A stretch of 64,000 nucleotides of DNA, from contig OY776562.1 of assembly GCA_963675785.1 (NCBI GenBank), positions 1,120,001-1,184,000 on the forward strand, in the 5' to 3' direction. Below the pieces are notes generated by a model, which ran no database searches, was not told the origin of the DNA, and saw only the letters and a program-made list of their open reading frames with translations. This document shows, in pieces, positions 36,619 to 46,955 of the stretch. A program made the translations under genes and the position numbers. Origin of the DNA: Anaerolineae bacterium (GTDB lineage Bacteria > Chloroflexota > Anaerolineae > UBA1429). Numbering within the stretch: the stretch's first letter is position 1; every line of letters starts with the position of its first letter.

Positions 36619-36891
36619 CTAGTGGCGATCGTTTCGCGATTTTGGGGTGGCAGGTTTTACGCGTAGTGTTCGGCCGCCAAATTGGGTGCCGTCAAGCTCA
36701 ACAATCGCGGTGTTTGCTGCTTGTTCTGTCTCCATTGTCACAAATCCAAAACCACGAGCGCGGCCTGTCTCGCGATCGTATATCAAGGCGACTTCGCTTA
36801 CAGGACCGATTGCAGTAAAGACAGCGGCAAGGTCTTTTTCTGTAACTTCATACGGCAAGTTACCTACATAGATTCGCGATCCCATCTCCAT
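36619..36891 (-). CDS. RRM-domain RNA-binding protein
   Basis: IYVGNL (RNP2), RGFGFV (RNP1); AAGGAGG RBS. Confidence 0.93.
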   Translation of the reverse strand: MEMGSRIYVGNLPYEVTEKDLAAVFTAIGPVSEVALIYDRETGRARGFGFVTMETEQAANTAIVELDGTQFGGRTLRVKPATPKSRNDRH

Positions 36892-36959
36892 CAAATAACC
36901 TCCTTCAAGGCTCAAACTTAGCGCGATGGTTAGAACTCTCATTCATGCGCTCTTTGTCC

Positions 36960-36988
36960 ATTGTATTTTGTCATGCGTCCTCAGTCAA
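36960..36988 (-). promoter_or_regulatory. sigma70 promoter of the RRM gene
   Basis: TTGACT-N17-TACAAT on the minus strand. Confidence 0.7.
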
Positions 36989-37120
36989 GCTAATTTTCCT
37001 TTTATTAGCGTTCTTTAAGATTTTGTTATGTATGAAAAGCGAATTGCCTCTGCGGGGCAGGCAATTCGCCGTTTTTCAAATCCTTGTATATACTGGCGGA
37101 ATGATAGAGGAGGAATGTCC

Positions 37121-37603
37121 ATGATAGTGGATGCTAGAACGCAGGTTGCTCATGCTTTGGAGGCAGCTGGCGTAGAGACAGAGATCATCATCTTTGAGGA
37201 TTCAACCGCCACGTCGCAAGAGGCAGCAGATTGCCTTGGCGTGCCTGTGGGCGCTATTGCCAAAAGCCTCTGCTTTATGGTCGTGGGTGAGCCCATTCTG
37301 GTTATCGCTTCGGGCGATACCCGCATTGATGATCGCAAGTTGGGCCAAGAGTTCGGGGTGAGCCGCAAAAAAGTTAAAATTGCCACGGCTGATCAAGTGC
37401 AAGCGGCAACGGGATTTGCTCCGGGTGGGGTGGCGCCTGTTGGCCACACCTCCCAGCTCACCATCCTGGTCGATCAGGCACTTGGCCGTTTTGATACAGT
37501 CTATGCTGCGGCAGGCACGCCTCACGCCGTGTTCGAGATTGCCTTTAAAGAACTTGTCCGCGTAACAAAGGCGCGCGTGGTTGATCTGACACAGGGTTTA
37601 TGA
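37121..37603 (+). CDS. YbaK/EbsC aminoacyl-tRNA deacylase family protein
   Basis: IAKSL, TGFAPGGVAP, YAAAG. Confidence 0.9.
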   Translation: MIVDARTQVAHALEAAGVETEIIIFEDSTATSQEAADCLGVPVGAIAKSLCFMVVGEPILVIASGDTRIDDRKLGQEFGVSRKKVKIATADQVQAATGFAPGGVAPVGHTSQLTILVDQALGRFDTVYAAAGTPHAVFEIAFKELVRVTKARVVDLTQGL

Positions 37604-37646
37604 TGCCCTTGTTCTTCTACTGAACGCGCATAATTCCGTTGATTTG

Positions 37647-37675
37647 TTGACAATAAAGACACGTGGTAGTACTAT
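37647..37675 (+). promoter_or_regulatory. Near-consensus sigma70 promoter upstream of a standalone RNA
   Basis: TTGACA-N17-TACTAT; predicted +1 near G37683. Confidence 0.8.
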
Positions 37676-37682
37676 TTTTATT

Positions 37683-37826
37683 GCGAGGTTCGAGAGGTTG
37701 ATGGGTCAAAGGAACGACCGCTGGGTGATTGGGCACATGGCTTAGGATCCCTGGTCAGATTCAGAGTGTGTACTCGATTACATGAACCGGCGGAAACGCT
37801 TCCGACTACAGGTCACTTGATCTCGC
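37683..37826 (+). ncRNA. Standalone structured small RNA (rod-like; 6S-like or unclassified)
   Basis: Own promoter and terminator, no substantial ORF; ends pair (GCGAGGTTCGAG / CTTGATCTCGC); nested stems GGAA/TTCC, CCGCTGG/CCGGCGG, GTGATTGGGCACAT/GTGTACTCGATTAC. Confidence 0.65.
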
Positions 37827-37836
37827 CCCTTTTCCG

Positions 37837-37872
37837 AAAGTGGGGGACATGTATATGTCCCCCACTTTTTTT
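37837..37872. terminator. Bidirectional terminator
   Basis: AAAGTGGGGGACAT / ATGTCCCCCACTTT stem with a T run on the plus strand. Confidence 0.88.
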
Positions 37873-37883
37873 GTTCCTAAAAA

Positions 37884-39125
37884 TTACTCGTGGCGCAGGG
37901 CTTCGATGGGTTCCATCTGCGCGGCACGCCTGGCCGGATAGATACCAAAGAACAGGCCCACAGCTGCCGAAAAGGCTACGGACAAGAACACAGAGCTGCT
38001 CGTTACAGCCGTGGGGAATACATCCAGGCTGTTGACGATGGCCGAAACCAACCATCCAAAGCCAATCCCCAGCAAGCCGCCGACGAGAGAAAGCACAATT
38101 GACTCAATCAAGAACTGCCACAAGATGTCCGATTCTCTGGCCCCCACGGCCTTACGGATGCCGATCTCTCGTGTGCGCTCGGTGACAGAGACCAGCATGA
38201 TGTTCATAATGCCAATGCCGCCAACGAGAAGTGAGATAGCCGCTACGGCCCCCAGGAAAATCGTAAACATATTGGTTACCTGATCAAACACGCCGGCGAT
38301 ACTCTCTTGCGAAGTCAGGGTAAAGTCATCCTCACCATAGTTGACATCATGCTCTTCGCGAAGTATCAAACGAATCTCTTCCATGGCTTCATCGCTCATG
38401 CCTTCATCGGCAGAGACACTGATGTAATCCACCACGTCGCCATAGCGCGAGTTATACGTATCAGCAAAGAGTCTGTCTTGGGCGGTTGTAAGCGGAACAA
38501 TGGCCAGCTCATCGGACGAGAACATGGGGAGGGCACTGCCGCCTTTGGATTCGAGAACCCCCACCACTTCAAATGGAATGCTGTTGATGCGTACAGTCTC
38601 ACCCAAGGCCGATTCTGCGTCGCCAAAGAGGCTCTCGGCTGTATCGGCGCCTAGCACCACAACCCGCGAGCTACTCTGTTCATCACTATCTGTGATAAAC
38701 GCGCCGTATTCCACCACATAGTTTCTGACATAGAGATAATCAGATGTGGTGCCCGTCACACTGAGGCTGACACTCTCACCATCATAGGTGATTGTGCCAG
38801 AGCGGCTTACTTCAGGGGCTACGCCCGCCACATAGGTGGTCCGTGTTGTATCTGCGATTGCCTCGGCATCCTGTCGTGTGAGCGGGATGATTTTATCAGG
38901 TTCTTCCGAGTCATCAGCGAAACTAACGCCCGACATGACATAAATCAAGTTGGAACCTACCGACGATATCTCGGCCTGGATGGCGTCCTGGGCGCCGGCT
39001 CCCACAGAGAGAATAGCAATGACGGCACCCGTGCCAATGATGATGCCCAACATCGTCAGGATTGAGCGTGTCTTGTTTGCCAAGAGGTTGCGAAAAGCCT
39101 GCTTGATGCTTTCGAGGGTGCTCAT
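37884..39125 (-). CDS. MacB/FtsX-family ABC permease
   Basis: [47 protein letters not shown]. Confidence 0.93.
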   Translation of the reverse strand: MSTLESIKQAFRNLLANKTRSILTMLGIIIGTGAVIAILSVGAGAQDAIQAEISSVGSNLIYVMSGVSFADDSEEPDKIIPLTRQDAEAIADTTRTTYVAGVAPEVSRSGTITYDGESVSLSVTGTTSDYLYVRNYVVEYGAFITDSDEQSSSRVVVLGADTAESLFGDAESALGETVRINSIPFEVVGVLESKGGSALPMFSSDELAIVPLTTAQDRLFADTYNSRYGDVVDYISVSADEGMSDEAMEEIRLILREEHDVNYGEDDFTLTSQESIAGVFDQVTNMFTIFLGAVAAISLLVGGIGIMNIMLVSVTERTREIGIRKAVGARESDILWQFLIESIVLSLVGGLLGIGFGWLVSAIVNSLDVFPTAVTSSSVFLSVAFSAAVGLFFGIYPARRAAQMEPIEALRHE

Positions 39126-39853
39126 GCGCGCACCTCTTCGAACTCGGGCTCTGACAAAGATTCTGCAAGTTTGATATGATCTACTTGATAATCGCCTTCA
39201 ATCAGCCCATCCCGAATCCGAATAATGCGCTGTGTATATTCGGCTACTTCAGGGTCATGGGTTACAAAGATGACAGTGATACCCTTTTCGCGTTGAAGCT
39301 TTTGGAACAGGGCAATGATCTCTTGCCCTGTCTTTGTATCCAGGTTACCAGTTGGCTCATCAGCCAGAATGATGCTGGGACTGTTCACAAGCGCTCGGGC
39401 TATGGCAACTCGCTGCTGCTGACCGCCGGATAGTTCGGTAGGTTTGTGGTGCATCCGACCTTCCAGGCCCACTGTTTCGAGTGCCTTCATCGCCAGCTTG
39501 CGCCGGTTGGGTTTTCCCGAGTAAAGCAAGGGCAGCTCGACATTTTCGATAGCTGTTGTTCGGGCAAGCAGGTTGTACTGCTGAAAGACAAAGCCAATTT
39601 TCTGATTGCGGATGGCGGCAAGCCGGTCGCTCGAAAGTTTGGCAACATCTGTGCCTTCGAGTTTGTAGGTTCCACCACTGGGCACATCCAGGCAGCCCAG
39701 AATGTTCATCAGGGTGCTTTTGCCAGACCCTGAGGGCCCCATAATGGCTGTCAGTTCACCTTCTCGCAGTTCAAGAGAGATATCGCGCAAGGCGTGAACC
39801 TGAACGTCGCCCATGGTATATACTTTTGTGACATGCTCAAGTTCAATTAACAT
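39122..39853 (-). CDS. ABC ATPase (MacB/LolD type)
   Basis: [26 protein letters not shown]. Confidence 0.95.
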   Translation of the reverse strand: MLIELEHVTKVYTMGDVQVHALRDISLELREGELTAIMGPSGSGKSTLMNILGCLDVPSGGTYKLEGTDVAKLSSDRLAAIRNQKIGFVFQQYNLLARTTAIENVELPLLYSGKPNRRKLAMKALETVGLEGRMHHKPTELSGGQQQRVAIARALVNSPSIILADEPTGNLDTKTGQEIIALFQKLQREKGITVIFVTHDPEVAEYTQRIIRIRDGLIEGDYQVDHIKLAESLSEPEFEEVRA

Positions 39854-41243
39854 TGATCACTCCAAATGGTCCTTCAAATGTGAAACTCTCAGGACGCGAT
39901 ACGATGTACTCGTCACCTTCGTCGAGACCCGAGATAATCTCGGTATAGTCATCTCCTACGAGGCCCGTTTCAAGATAGATCGCATCCACGCTCGTTGTAC
40001 CCAACACTTCGACGTATTTCCCATCAGAATCGCGCCGCAAGGCGCGATTTGATACGAGCAATACGTCATCTTTGGTGGACGTAATGATATAGACGGATGA
40101 TGTAAGTTGAGGGCGCAAGGCCAAGTCGGTTGACTCGAGATTGACGCGTACGCCATAGGTAACAATGCCCTGAGCGCTCGTGCCCACCAGGTCAATGCTC
40201 TCGACTATGCCTTTGATGATCTGGCCTGAGAATGAATCAACTTCGATGTTGGCGTTTTGCCCTGCGGCAATCTGTCCAATTTCGCTTTCATCAATATAGA
40301 CATTGATATGATAAGCCGAGTTATCGATCAGGGTGGCCAAAGGAACAGATGGTGTTACCAGATCGCCTACATTCACATCCCAACCCTCAACGTAACCGTC
40401 AAAAGCCGCTGTGAGTTCGAGGTCATCGAGCTGGTTCTCCAAGAGCTGCACGCTGATGCGCGCTTGCTCGACGCTTGCCTCAGCAATCTGGATCTCTTCT
40501 GCAGATGGGGAGGATAGCAGAGAAGATAGATTGGCCCGAGCCTGTGCAACTTGCAGTTCAGCACTCTTGATTGTTGTCTCGTTGGGCTCTGTAAATAGCT
40601 GGTCGTACTGCAACTGGGCAAGTTCCACGCCAACTTCAGCATTCAGCACTTGAGCCTCTGCCTGATCAATCGAGGACGAACTGGCTAGCGGATTCCCCGC
40701 TGCGGCATCTCGTGCAGCTTGTGCTGCCCAAAGCGAGTTCTTGGCCTGGTCGATCTGAAGCTCTGCCGAATGGATCTGTTCATCGGTTGGTCCTTCATAG
40801 AGGGCGTTCAGTGTGGCCTGTGCTGCGGCAAGCGAAGCCTGCGCCGCAGTAATGCTATCGTCTGATGCGCCTTCAATTGTACGTGCTAACTGGGCCTCTG
40901 CTGAGCTCAGTGCGACTCTTGCACTGGCCAGATTAAGTTCCAATGTGGAATCATCTAGTGTCGCCAGAACCTGACCTTCTGTGACAAAAGCACCATCTTC
41001 TATCAGAACAGATGCTACGGTGCCGCTTGTCGAAAAAGTGATGGATTCGCTGCGCTCGGGGGCCAAACTACCTGTGGCTACTACCACAGCCTCTACCGAG
41101 CCGCGTTCGACAGTGGCTAGAACAACTTGGCTGTCTTCGCTGGCCTGGGTAGCAGCATTTCTTTGTTGCACAATGTAGTATCCGCCTGCGATGGCGGCAA
41201 CAACGACGACGATGATAATAACATTACGGAGTTTCTTACTCAT
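39843..41243 (-). CDS. MacA/HlyD-type membrane fusion (adaptor) protein
   Basis: N-terminal TM, lipoyl halves (G.FV.EGQVLATLD), long Ala/Gln coiled coil, GLDEGD. Confidence 0.88.
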   Translation of the reverse strand: MSKKLRNVIIIVVVVAAIAGGYYIVQQRNAATQASEDSQVVLATVERGSVEAVVVATGSLAPERSESITFSTSGTVASVLIEDGAFVTEGQVLATLDDSTLELNLASARVALSSAEAQLARTIEGASDDSITAAQASLAAAQATLNALYEGPTDEQIHSAELQIDQAKNSLWAAQAARDAAAGNPLASSSSIDQAEAQVLNAEVGVELAQLQYDQLFTEPNETTIKSAELQVAQARANLSSLLSSPSAEEIQIAEASVEQARISVQLLENQLDDLELTAAFDGYVEGWDVNVGDLVTPSVPLATLIDNSAYHINVYIDESEIGQIAAGQNANIEVDSFSGQIIKGIVESIDLVGTSAQGIVTYGVRVNLESTDLALRPQLTSSVYIITSTKDDVLLVSNRALRRDSDGKYVEVLGTTSVDAIYLETGLVGDDYTEIISGLDEGDEYIVSRPESFTFEGPFGVINVN

Positions 41244-41734
41244 TCAAATTTTCCTCGAATAGTGGGAGTGACGACAAAGAGGGGTTCGCCCTGTACCCAT
41301 TCCTCAATGCCAAATGCCGATGATAGAATTCTCATTGCTGCGATGACAGTCTCAGAATCAGCGGGGCTCAGTCCTTCCAATTCTTGGCTCAGTGCCTCAT
41401 GGAGAATGCGTCCCCATTTCTCAATCTCGTTTATCCCTGCGGGGGTAAGCACAATCTCAACAACTCGTCGATCGTCTGGCTCCTGTTGTCGACTGACCAA
41501 ACCGCGTTTGACAAGCGCCTGTACACAGGCCGTCATGGCCGGGCGGCTCATATGAAATCGCTCCGCCAGATCGCTCATCCGGCATCCTTCATGTGTCCTT
41601 AGCCACATGAGCGTCCGAAATTGAAGTTGTGGAAAAGGACGTGCATCCATTTTGGTTTTGCTGCCAATAATCTGCATGAGATTAGGCAGCGCGTGTAAAA
41701 CGCTCGACGCAACGTCTTGCGATGTAAAAGTCAT
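41240..41734 (-). CDS. MarR family transcriptional regulator
   Basis: SDLAERF..SRPAMT..V..LVKRGLV.R...DDRR...LTPAG. Confidence 0.9.
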   Translation of the reverse strand: MTFTSQDVASSVLHALPNLMQIIGSKTKMDARPFPQLQFRTLMWLRTHEGCRMSDLAERFHMSRPAMTACVQALVKRGLVSRQQEPDDRRVVEIVLTPAGINEIEKWGRILHEALSQELEGLSPADSETVIAAMRILSSAFGIEEWVQGEPLFVVTPTIRGKFE

Positions 41735-41834
41735 ATATAATTTCTCCCTTAAATAGTTCCAAGACTTAATTATATTGAGAATAAATATTTTAGCAAGTGA
41801 CATTTTGGCCTATGTCGTGGTTATAGCACAGCAT

Positions 41835-41861
41835 AAAGGCCGGTCTGCAAGACCGGCCTTT
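41835..41861. terminator. Terminator after the alpha/beta hydrolase
   Basis: AAAGGCCGGTCT / AGACCGGCCTTT. Confidence 0.8.
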
Positions 41862-41882
41862 CAGGATTAGCAGCAGGGAAAT

Positions 41883-42692
41883 CTAGGATGTGGCAGGTTC
41901 GCCCATAAAAGCGTGAATCGCTTCGATATAGCGTGGCCAGTTATCGCGGTGGATGTTGTGCCCCGCCTCGACCTGCACATGAGTTGCCTGCGGCAGGAGG
42001 GTCATGACTCCGCGAGCAATCTCGGGGGTAACGATAACGCCTCGCTCATTCAAACCCGTGAGAAGCAGACAGCGACAGCGCATACTGGCGGCCATGGCAC
42101 GCCAGTCGGGGTACACCGACGACCTCATTTGGCTGACCTGTGGCCTCACGCTCTGCTGAGCAGTTACCCAGGCCGCAACCTCCTGAGGGTGCCAGTCAGG
42201 CTTAGCTCGGCTCATCTCGTAAAACAACTCATCTGCCCCGGCCTGACGGTGTTTTTCGATTTTGACCCGCATGTCCTCTGCGCGTTCGAGCGAATCATCT
42301 CGCCCGTGCGAATCTCGCCAGGGGGGATCTTCCAATACAACCGCTCCAATCAGATCCGGGTAGTTGGCAGCGGTCAACGCGGCAGTTTCTGCCCCCATAG
42401 AATGGCCAATGAGGGTGGGTTTCTCCAACTTGAGCGCTTTGATGAGCCGGGCCAGGTCGCGTGCCAGGGTTGGGTAATCATAACCATCTTCTGGAGTAGA
42501 CGATCTGCCATGCCCGCGCGCATCTGGAATGATCAGCTCATGCTCGGTTTCCAACTCGTCGCTCAGACGCCACCAACAGCCGCTGTCGTCGGTGAGTCCG
42601 TGTAGTAACACCACAGACGGTCCGGTTGGCGCCGTACGTAGAAAAGCCAATGAGACATCGCCGAGATCCAGTCTGTTGGATGGCATGTTCAT
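41883..42692 (-). CDS. Alpha/beta hydrolase
   Basis: LLHG, DARGHG, GHSMG nucleophile elbow, AGH. Confidence 0.92.
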   Translation of the reverse strand: MNMPSNRLDLGDVSLAFLRTAPTGPSVVLLHGLTDDSGCWWRLSDELETEHELIIPDARGHGRSSTPEDGYDYPTLARDLARLIKALKLEKPTLIGHSMGAETAALTAANYPDLIGAVVLEDPPWRDSHGRDDSLERAEDMRVKIEKHRQAGADELFYEMSRAKPDWHPQEVAAWVTAQQSVRPQVSQMRSSVYPDWRAMAASMRCRCLLLTGLNERGVIVTPEIARGVMTLLPQATHVQVEAGHNIHRDNWPRYIEAIHAFMGEPATS

Positions 42693-43324
42693 TCAATCTC
42701 TCCTGCGGCCCATAGAATGCCGTTATGGAGCAAAGTCTGGAATCCTTCATTGGCATAGGCGACGGCATCGTGCCCCAGCGTGCAGCAGAACACCCGGGCC
42801 AGGCCGTGCATCCGTGTCCAGGCAATCGTGGGCAGGCTCTTGGGATCGTCCGTCGTCACCAGGATGTCGGCAGAGGCATCGACGTTCTGGTGCAGCAAAT
42901 AGGTCTCATCGACAGTGGTCCAATGGCTCAGGCCGCGTGTGATGGGATGGTTAGGATTCGTTACTGTAAGCGAGATGGTGCGATCGTGATAATACTCAAA
43001 GGGCTCGTTTACCAGGCCCATGAGGTCGATCCACGACTGCCAACCGGGGTAGCCAAGCACGGCATGATGTAACACCACAATGCCTTGATCGCGCTGCGAC
43101 AGACTTTCCAAAAAGGCCTTTTCTTTGTCCTCTGGCTTGTACATGGGCATACCGTAAAACACCAATGCGGCATAATCATCCAGGCAGTCGCCTCGGTCAG
43201 CCACCAGATCCTCGATGGTTTGTGGATAAAAGCGAAATGGCTCAAATGTAGCCAGTGTATCTTGCAGGGCGGGCACATCATAGGTATGGCCGCCAACGAT
43301 GAAAGCAACTTTTCTCTGTTCCAT
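42689..43324 (-). CDS. ThuA-like domain protein
   Basis: GGH, GIVVLHH, HPITRGL, DETY, RVF...LGHD, NGILWAA; ATG 43324 after AAGGAGG. Confidence 0.85.
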   Translation of the reverse strand: MEQRKVAFIVGGHTYDVPALQDTLATFEPFRFYPQTIEDLVADRGDCLDDYAALVFYGMPMYKPEDKEKAFLESLSQRDQGIVVLHHAVLGYPGWQSWIDLMGLVNEPFEYYHDRTISLTVTNPNHPITRGLSHWTTVDETYLLHQNVDASADILVTTDDPKSLPTIAWTRMHGLARVFCCTLGHDAVAYANEGFQTLLHNGILWAAGEIE

Positions 43325-43458
43325 AAACGCACGCCTCCTTTTACCGCGGATATTATGCAGCGACTTGTTCACATTGTCTACACCTCTTGAGGGCTTGACC
43401 TTCTTTCTGAGATGGTTATGCTTCTGTCGAGATGACATTATTGCGCAGGAGGACAACC

Positions 43459-44541
43459 GTGCAGACGTTCGATCAGCAAGTATTATACCGCGCAGGTGCA
43501 GGTGGGTATGCGAGTTATCGCATTCCTGCGCTCATTATGACCGCCTCAGGCACCGTCCTGGCCTTTTGCGAGGCGCGCAAGTATTCATCCAGTGACACGG
43601 ATCAGATCGACACCTATGTGCGTCGCAGCACCGATAACGGCTGCACCTTTGGTCCGCCTATCTTGGTGGCTACCGAAGAGGACATGGTTTGTGGCAACCC
43701 TGCACCTGTTATCGACCAGCGTACCGGGCGTATTGTGCTGCCCCTCACCAAAAACAGCCGTTGGACCGATGAGAACGCCATTCATCGCCGTGAAGGAACG
43801 CGTACCGCTTGGTTGACCTATAGCGATGATGATGGTCTGACTTGGACCGAACCGCGCGAAATTACGGTCCAGGTTTCCAAGCCAGAATGGACCTGGTATG
43901 CCACCGGACCGGGCCATGCTGTTCAGCTCACCCATGGCCCTCACACCGGCAGACTGGTTGTGCCTTGTGATCATGTCGTCTATGGCGATGGTACCCGTAA
44001 TGATGCTTCCTATTCCCACCTCATCTACAGCGATGACGGCGGTGATACCTGGGCCATAGGAGCCATCAGTGACAAAGGTGCCAATGAATCCATCCTTGCT
44101 GAGACCAGCTCAGGGTTGTTATACTGGAATTGTCGTAACCAGCGTACGTATATGGCTGATCTCAATTTCTTCTTCCGCCGTGTGGCCTGGAGCTCTGATA
44201 GTGGTGAGACGGCCTCGCCGCTCATTCGCGACGCGGCCCTTCCTGAATCGATCTGTCAGGCCAGTGCGCTGCCTGTCGTCGTCAATGGGGAACCTGCCTT
44301 GCTCTTTGCCAATCAGGCCAATCCTCAAGAGCGCTCTCAGATGACCGCCCGTTTATCCTGGGATGAGGGTCGTACTTGGCCGGTGAGTCGTATGCTTCAT
44401 TCAGGCTTTTCGGCCTATTGTGATCTCGCCGCGGCTCCCGATGGCACCTTCTTGTGCTTATACGAGTGGGGCGACTCCCAAAAATATGAGGCCATCGTGT
44501 TGGCGCGCTTCAACCTGGACTGGCTGCTTGATGCGCTCTAG
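43459..44541 (+). CDS. Sialidase-family (GH33) enzyme
   Basis: YRIP motif; Asp-boxes STDNGCTF, SDDDGLTW, SDDGGDTW, SWDEGRTW; no signal peptide; GTG start. Confidence 0.88.
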   Translation: MQTFDQQVLYRAGAGGYASYRIPALIMTASGTVLAFCEARKYSSSDTDQIDTYVRRSTDNGCTFGPPILVATEEDMVCGNPAPVIDQRTGRIVLPLTKNSRWTDENAIHRREGTRTAWLTYSDDDGLTWTEPREITVQVSKPEWTWYATGPGHAVQLTHGPHTGRLVVPCDHVVYGDGTRNDASYSHLIYSDDGGDTWAIGAISDKGANESILAETSSGLLYWNCRNQRTYMADLNFFFRRVAWSSDSGETASPLIRDAALPESICQASALPVVVNGEPALLFANQANPQERSQMTARLSWDEGRTWPVSRMLHSGFSAYCDLAAAPDGTFLCLYEWGDSQKYEAIVLARFNLDWLLDAL

Positions 44542-44565
44542 GCAATGGCATTAGGAGGAACTCGA

Positions 44566-45906
44566 ATGGCCCAAAAACCGAATATCCTCTTCTTTTTCAC
44601 CGATGACCAGCGTTTCGATACGTTGCATGGTCTGGGCAATCCCGAGATTCAGACACCCAATATGGATCGATTAGTCCATGAGGGCACGTCCTTCTCTGAT
44701 GCCTACATCATGGGCGGTTCCTGTCCCGCCGTCTGTATGCCCAGCCGGGCCATGCTTATGACCGGGCGCACCCTCTATCATTTGGATGATTGCGGGCAAG
44801 GGATCCCGCCCGAGCATGAACTATTGGGCGAGACACTGCGCCGTGCTGGCTATCGCACCTTTGGCACCGGCAAGTGGCACAATGGCACGGCTAGCTATGC
44901 GCGTTCCTTTACCGATGGCGCCAGCATCTTTTTCGGTGGCATGAACGATCATTGGCGTGTTCCCGTGGCTGATTACGATCCCTCAGGCGAATACCCCGAA
45001 TCGGCCCGTTACCAGCATGAGGGTGTGCATTCCAGCGATTTGTTCTGTGGCGAGGCGGCGCGTTTCATCCGTGAATACGATGATGAGCGTCCTTTCTTTG
45101 CCTATGTGTCCTTCATGGCGCCTCATGATCCTCGCGAGACCCATCAACGCTACCATGATCTCTATGATCCGGAGCATATTGAACTGCCGCCCAACTTCTT
45201 GTCCGAGCATCCCTTTGACAATGGTGAGTTGCGTGTGCGCGACGAGCTGTTGGCTGGCTTTCCCCGTGATCCAGAAGAGATCAAACACCACATCGCCGAA
45301 TACTATGCCATGATCACCCATGCCGATGCCCAAATGGGCGTGGTAATGGATGCCTTGCGTGAACGCGGTCTTTACGAGAATACGATCATTCTCTTTGCCG
45401 GTGATAACGGCCTGGCTCTGGGTCAGCACGGTCTCATGGGCAAGCAAAGCTGCTATGACCATAGCGTGCATGTGCCCTTGGTGATGGCGGGTCCTGGCAT
45501 TCCGGTAGGCCAATCGTGCGATGTGCTCTGCTATCTGTTGGATATCTATCCCACGCTGTGCGACCTGGTCGATGTAGCCATTCCCATGAGTGTGGAAGGG
45601 ATGAGCTTATTGCCAGCCATAGAGTCCTGCGAATCGGGGCGTGAGAGCTTGTTCTTTGGCTATCGCGATCTGCACCGGGCTGTGCGTGAGCGCCGTTGGA
45701 AGCTCATCGAGTACGTTGTGCAGGGGCAGCGCACCACGCAGTTATTCGATCTGGAGAATGACCCTTACGAGATGGATAATCTCGCCGATAAACCAGAGCA
45801 GCAGAGAACACTCAAGCGTTTGCGCACAAGGCTGATGAACTGGCGTAGAGACTTGGGCGATGACAGGGAACGCGAAGCCGCCTTTTGGCACGGCTATACG
45901 GATTAG
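44566..45906 (+). CDS. Cys-type sulfatase
   Basis: TDDQ, CMPSRAMLMTG (CxPxR), GKWH, APHDP, GDNG. Confidence 0.93.
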   Translation: MAQKPNILFFFTDDQRFDTLHGLGNPEIQTPNMDRLVHEGTSFSDAYIMGGSCPAVCMPSRAMLMTGRTLYHLDDCGQGIPPEHELLGETLRRAGYRTFGTGKWHNGTASYARSFTDGASIFFGGMNDHWRVPVADYDPSGEYPESARYQHEGVHSSDLFCGEAARFIREYDDERPFFAYVSFMAPHDPRETHQRYHDLYDPEHIELPPNFLSEHPFDNGELRVRDELLAGFPRDPEEIKHHIAEYYAMITHADAQMGVVMDALRERGLYENTIILFAGDNGLALGQHGLMGKQSCYDHSVHVPLVMAGPGIPVGQSCDVLCYLLDIYPTLCDLVDVAIPMSVEGMSLLPAIESCESGRESLFFGYRDLHRAVRERRWKLIEYVVQGQRTTQLFDLENDPYEMDNLADKPEQQRTLKRLRTRLMNWRRDLGDDREREAAFWHGYTD

Positions 45907-45928
45907 AGATATTGTTGGAGGAAGCAAA

Positions 45929-46828
45929 GTGAGTCCATTTATCGAGGCACAAAAGATTCGGGTGGGTACGCTGGTACGATGTAACGACCCCATGCCGGCT
46001 GACCGTTACATCGCGCAGATCATGCCTCACGGCTTTGAGTGCTTTGGGCTCTTTTTCTGGGCAACTTGCGAGGGTTTTGACTGGGATGGCCAGGCTGAGG
46101 CCGTTACGCGCACGCTAGAGGGCACAGGAACGGTGATTTCGTCCCTCGGCTTTTACGGCAATCCTGTGGCCGATCCCTCTCAGATTGCCTATGTGCAAGC
46201 CTGCATCGATAACGCCCGCCGCTTTGGCACCGATTTGATCACCGGCTTTACCGGTCGCCCGGTGGATGTGCCCATCGACAAGGGTATGCCCGAGATAGCC
46301 CGCGTTTGGAAGCCGTTGCTTCAGCGCGCCGCCGATCAGGGCGTGCGCATTGCCTTTGAGAATTGCCAAATGGGTGGCGATTGGAACCGAGGCGATTGGA
46401 ACGCGGCCCACTCACCGGACGCCTGGGAGCTCTTGTTTGAGGCCTTGCCCTACGAGAACATGGGCCTCTGCTGGGAGCCTTGCCATCAGATGGTGGCCCT
46501 CATCGACCCCCTGGAAGAACTCAAAGAATGGGTGCCTCGGGTGTTCTCTGTTCATGGCAAAGATGCCACCATTCACTGGGATATCATTCGGAAATACGGC
46601 ATCTACGGCCCCAGGCAGTTTGTCTATCATCGCACGCCCGGCTTTGGCGATTCCAACTGGACCGACATCATCAGCGTGCTCCGTGCCAGTGGTTTTGAGG
46701 GCAACATCGAGATCGAGGGCTGGCACGATCCCGTCTATCGCGACGAACTAGAGATGACCGGGCAGGTCCATGCCCTCAATTACCTCAAGCAGTGTCGCGG
46801 CGGTGATTTTGTCGCCAATCCTAGTTAA
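45929..46828 (+). CDS. Sugar phosphate isomerase/epimerase (IolE/XylA-like TIM barrel)
   Basis: AFENC, WEPCH, HGKDA, RTPGFG, IEGWHD; GTG start after GGAGG. Confidence 0.88.
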   Translation: MSPFIEAQKIRVGTLVRCNDPMPADRYIAQIMPHGFECFGLFFWATCEGFDWDGQAEAVTRTLEGTGTVISSLGFYGNPVADPSQIAYVQACIDNARRFGTDLITGFTGRPVDVPIDKGMPEIARVWKPLLQRAADQGVRIAFENCQMGGDWNRGDWNAAHSPDAWELLFEALPYENMGLCWEPCHQMVALIDPLEELKEWVPRVFSVHGKDATIHWDIIRKYGIYGPRQFVYHRTPGFGDSNWTDIISVLRASGFEGNIEIEGWHDPVYRDELEMTGQVHALNYLKQCRGGDFVANPS

Positions 46829-46845
46829 GCCTTTTCTACAAAAGA

Positions 46846-46875
46846 AAACAGGGAGAGCATCTGCTCTCCCTGTTT
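46846..46875. terminator. Terminator
   Basis: AAACAGGGAGAGCA / TGCTCTCCCTGTTT. Confidence 0.8.
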
Positions 46876-46955
46876 CATGATAACGAACTGACTATTGAAG
46901 ACTACCGCGCAATCGTATAGCATAAGAATCAGCTGACGATACCGGGGGAAAAATC

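Noticed and set aside
37701-37745. 14-codon ORF MGQRNDRWVIGHMA inside the ncRNA
   Set aside because: Its RBS and start are buried in the predicted stem; no independent support, though not fully excluded
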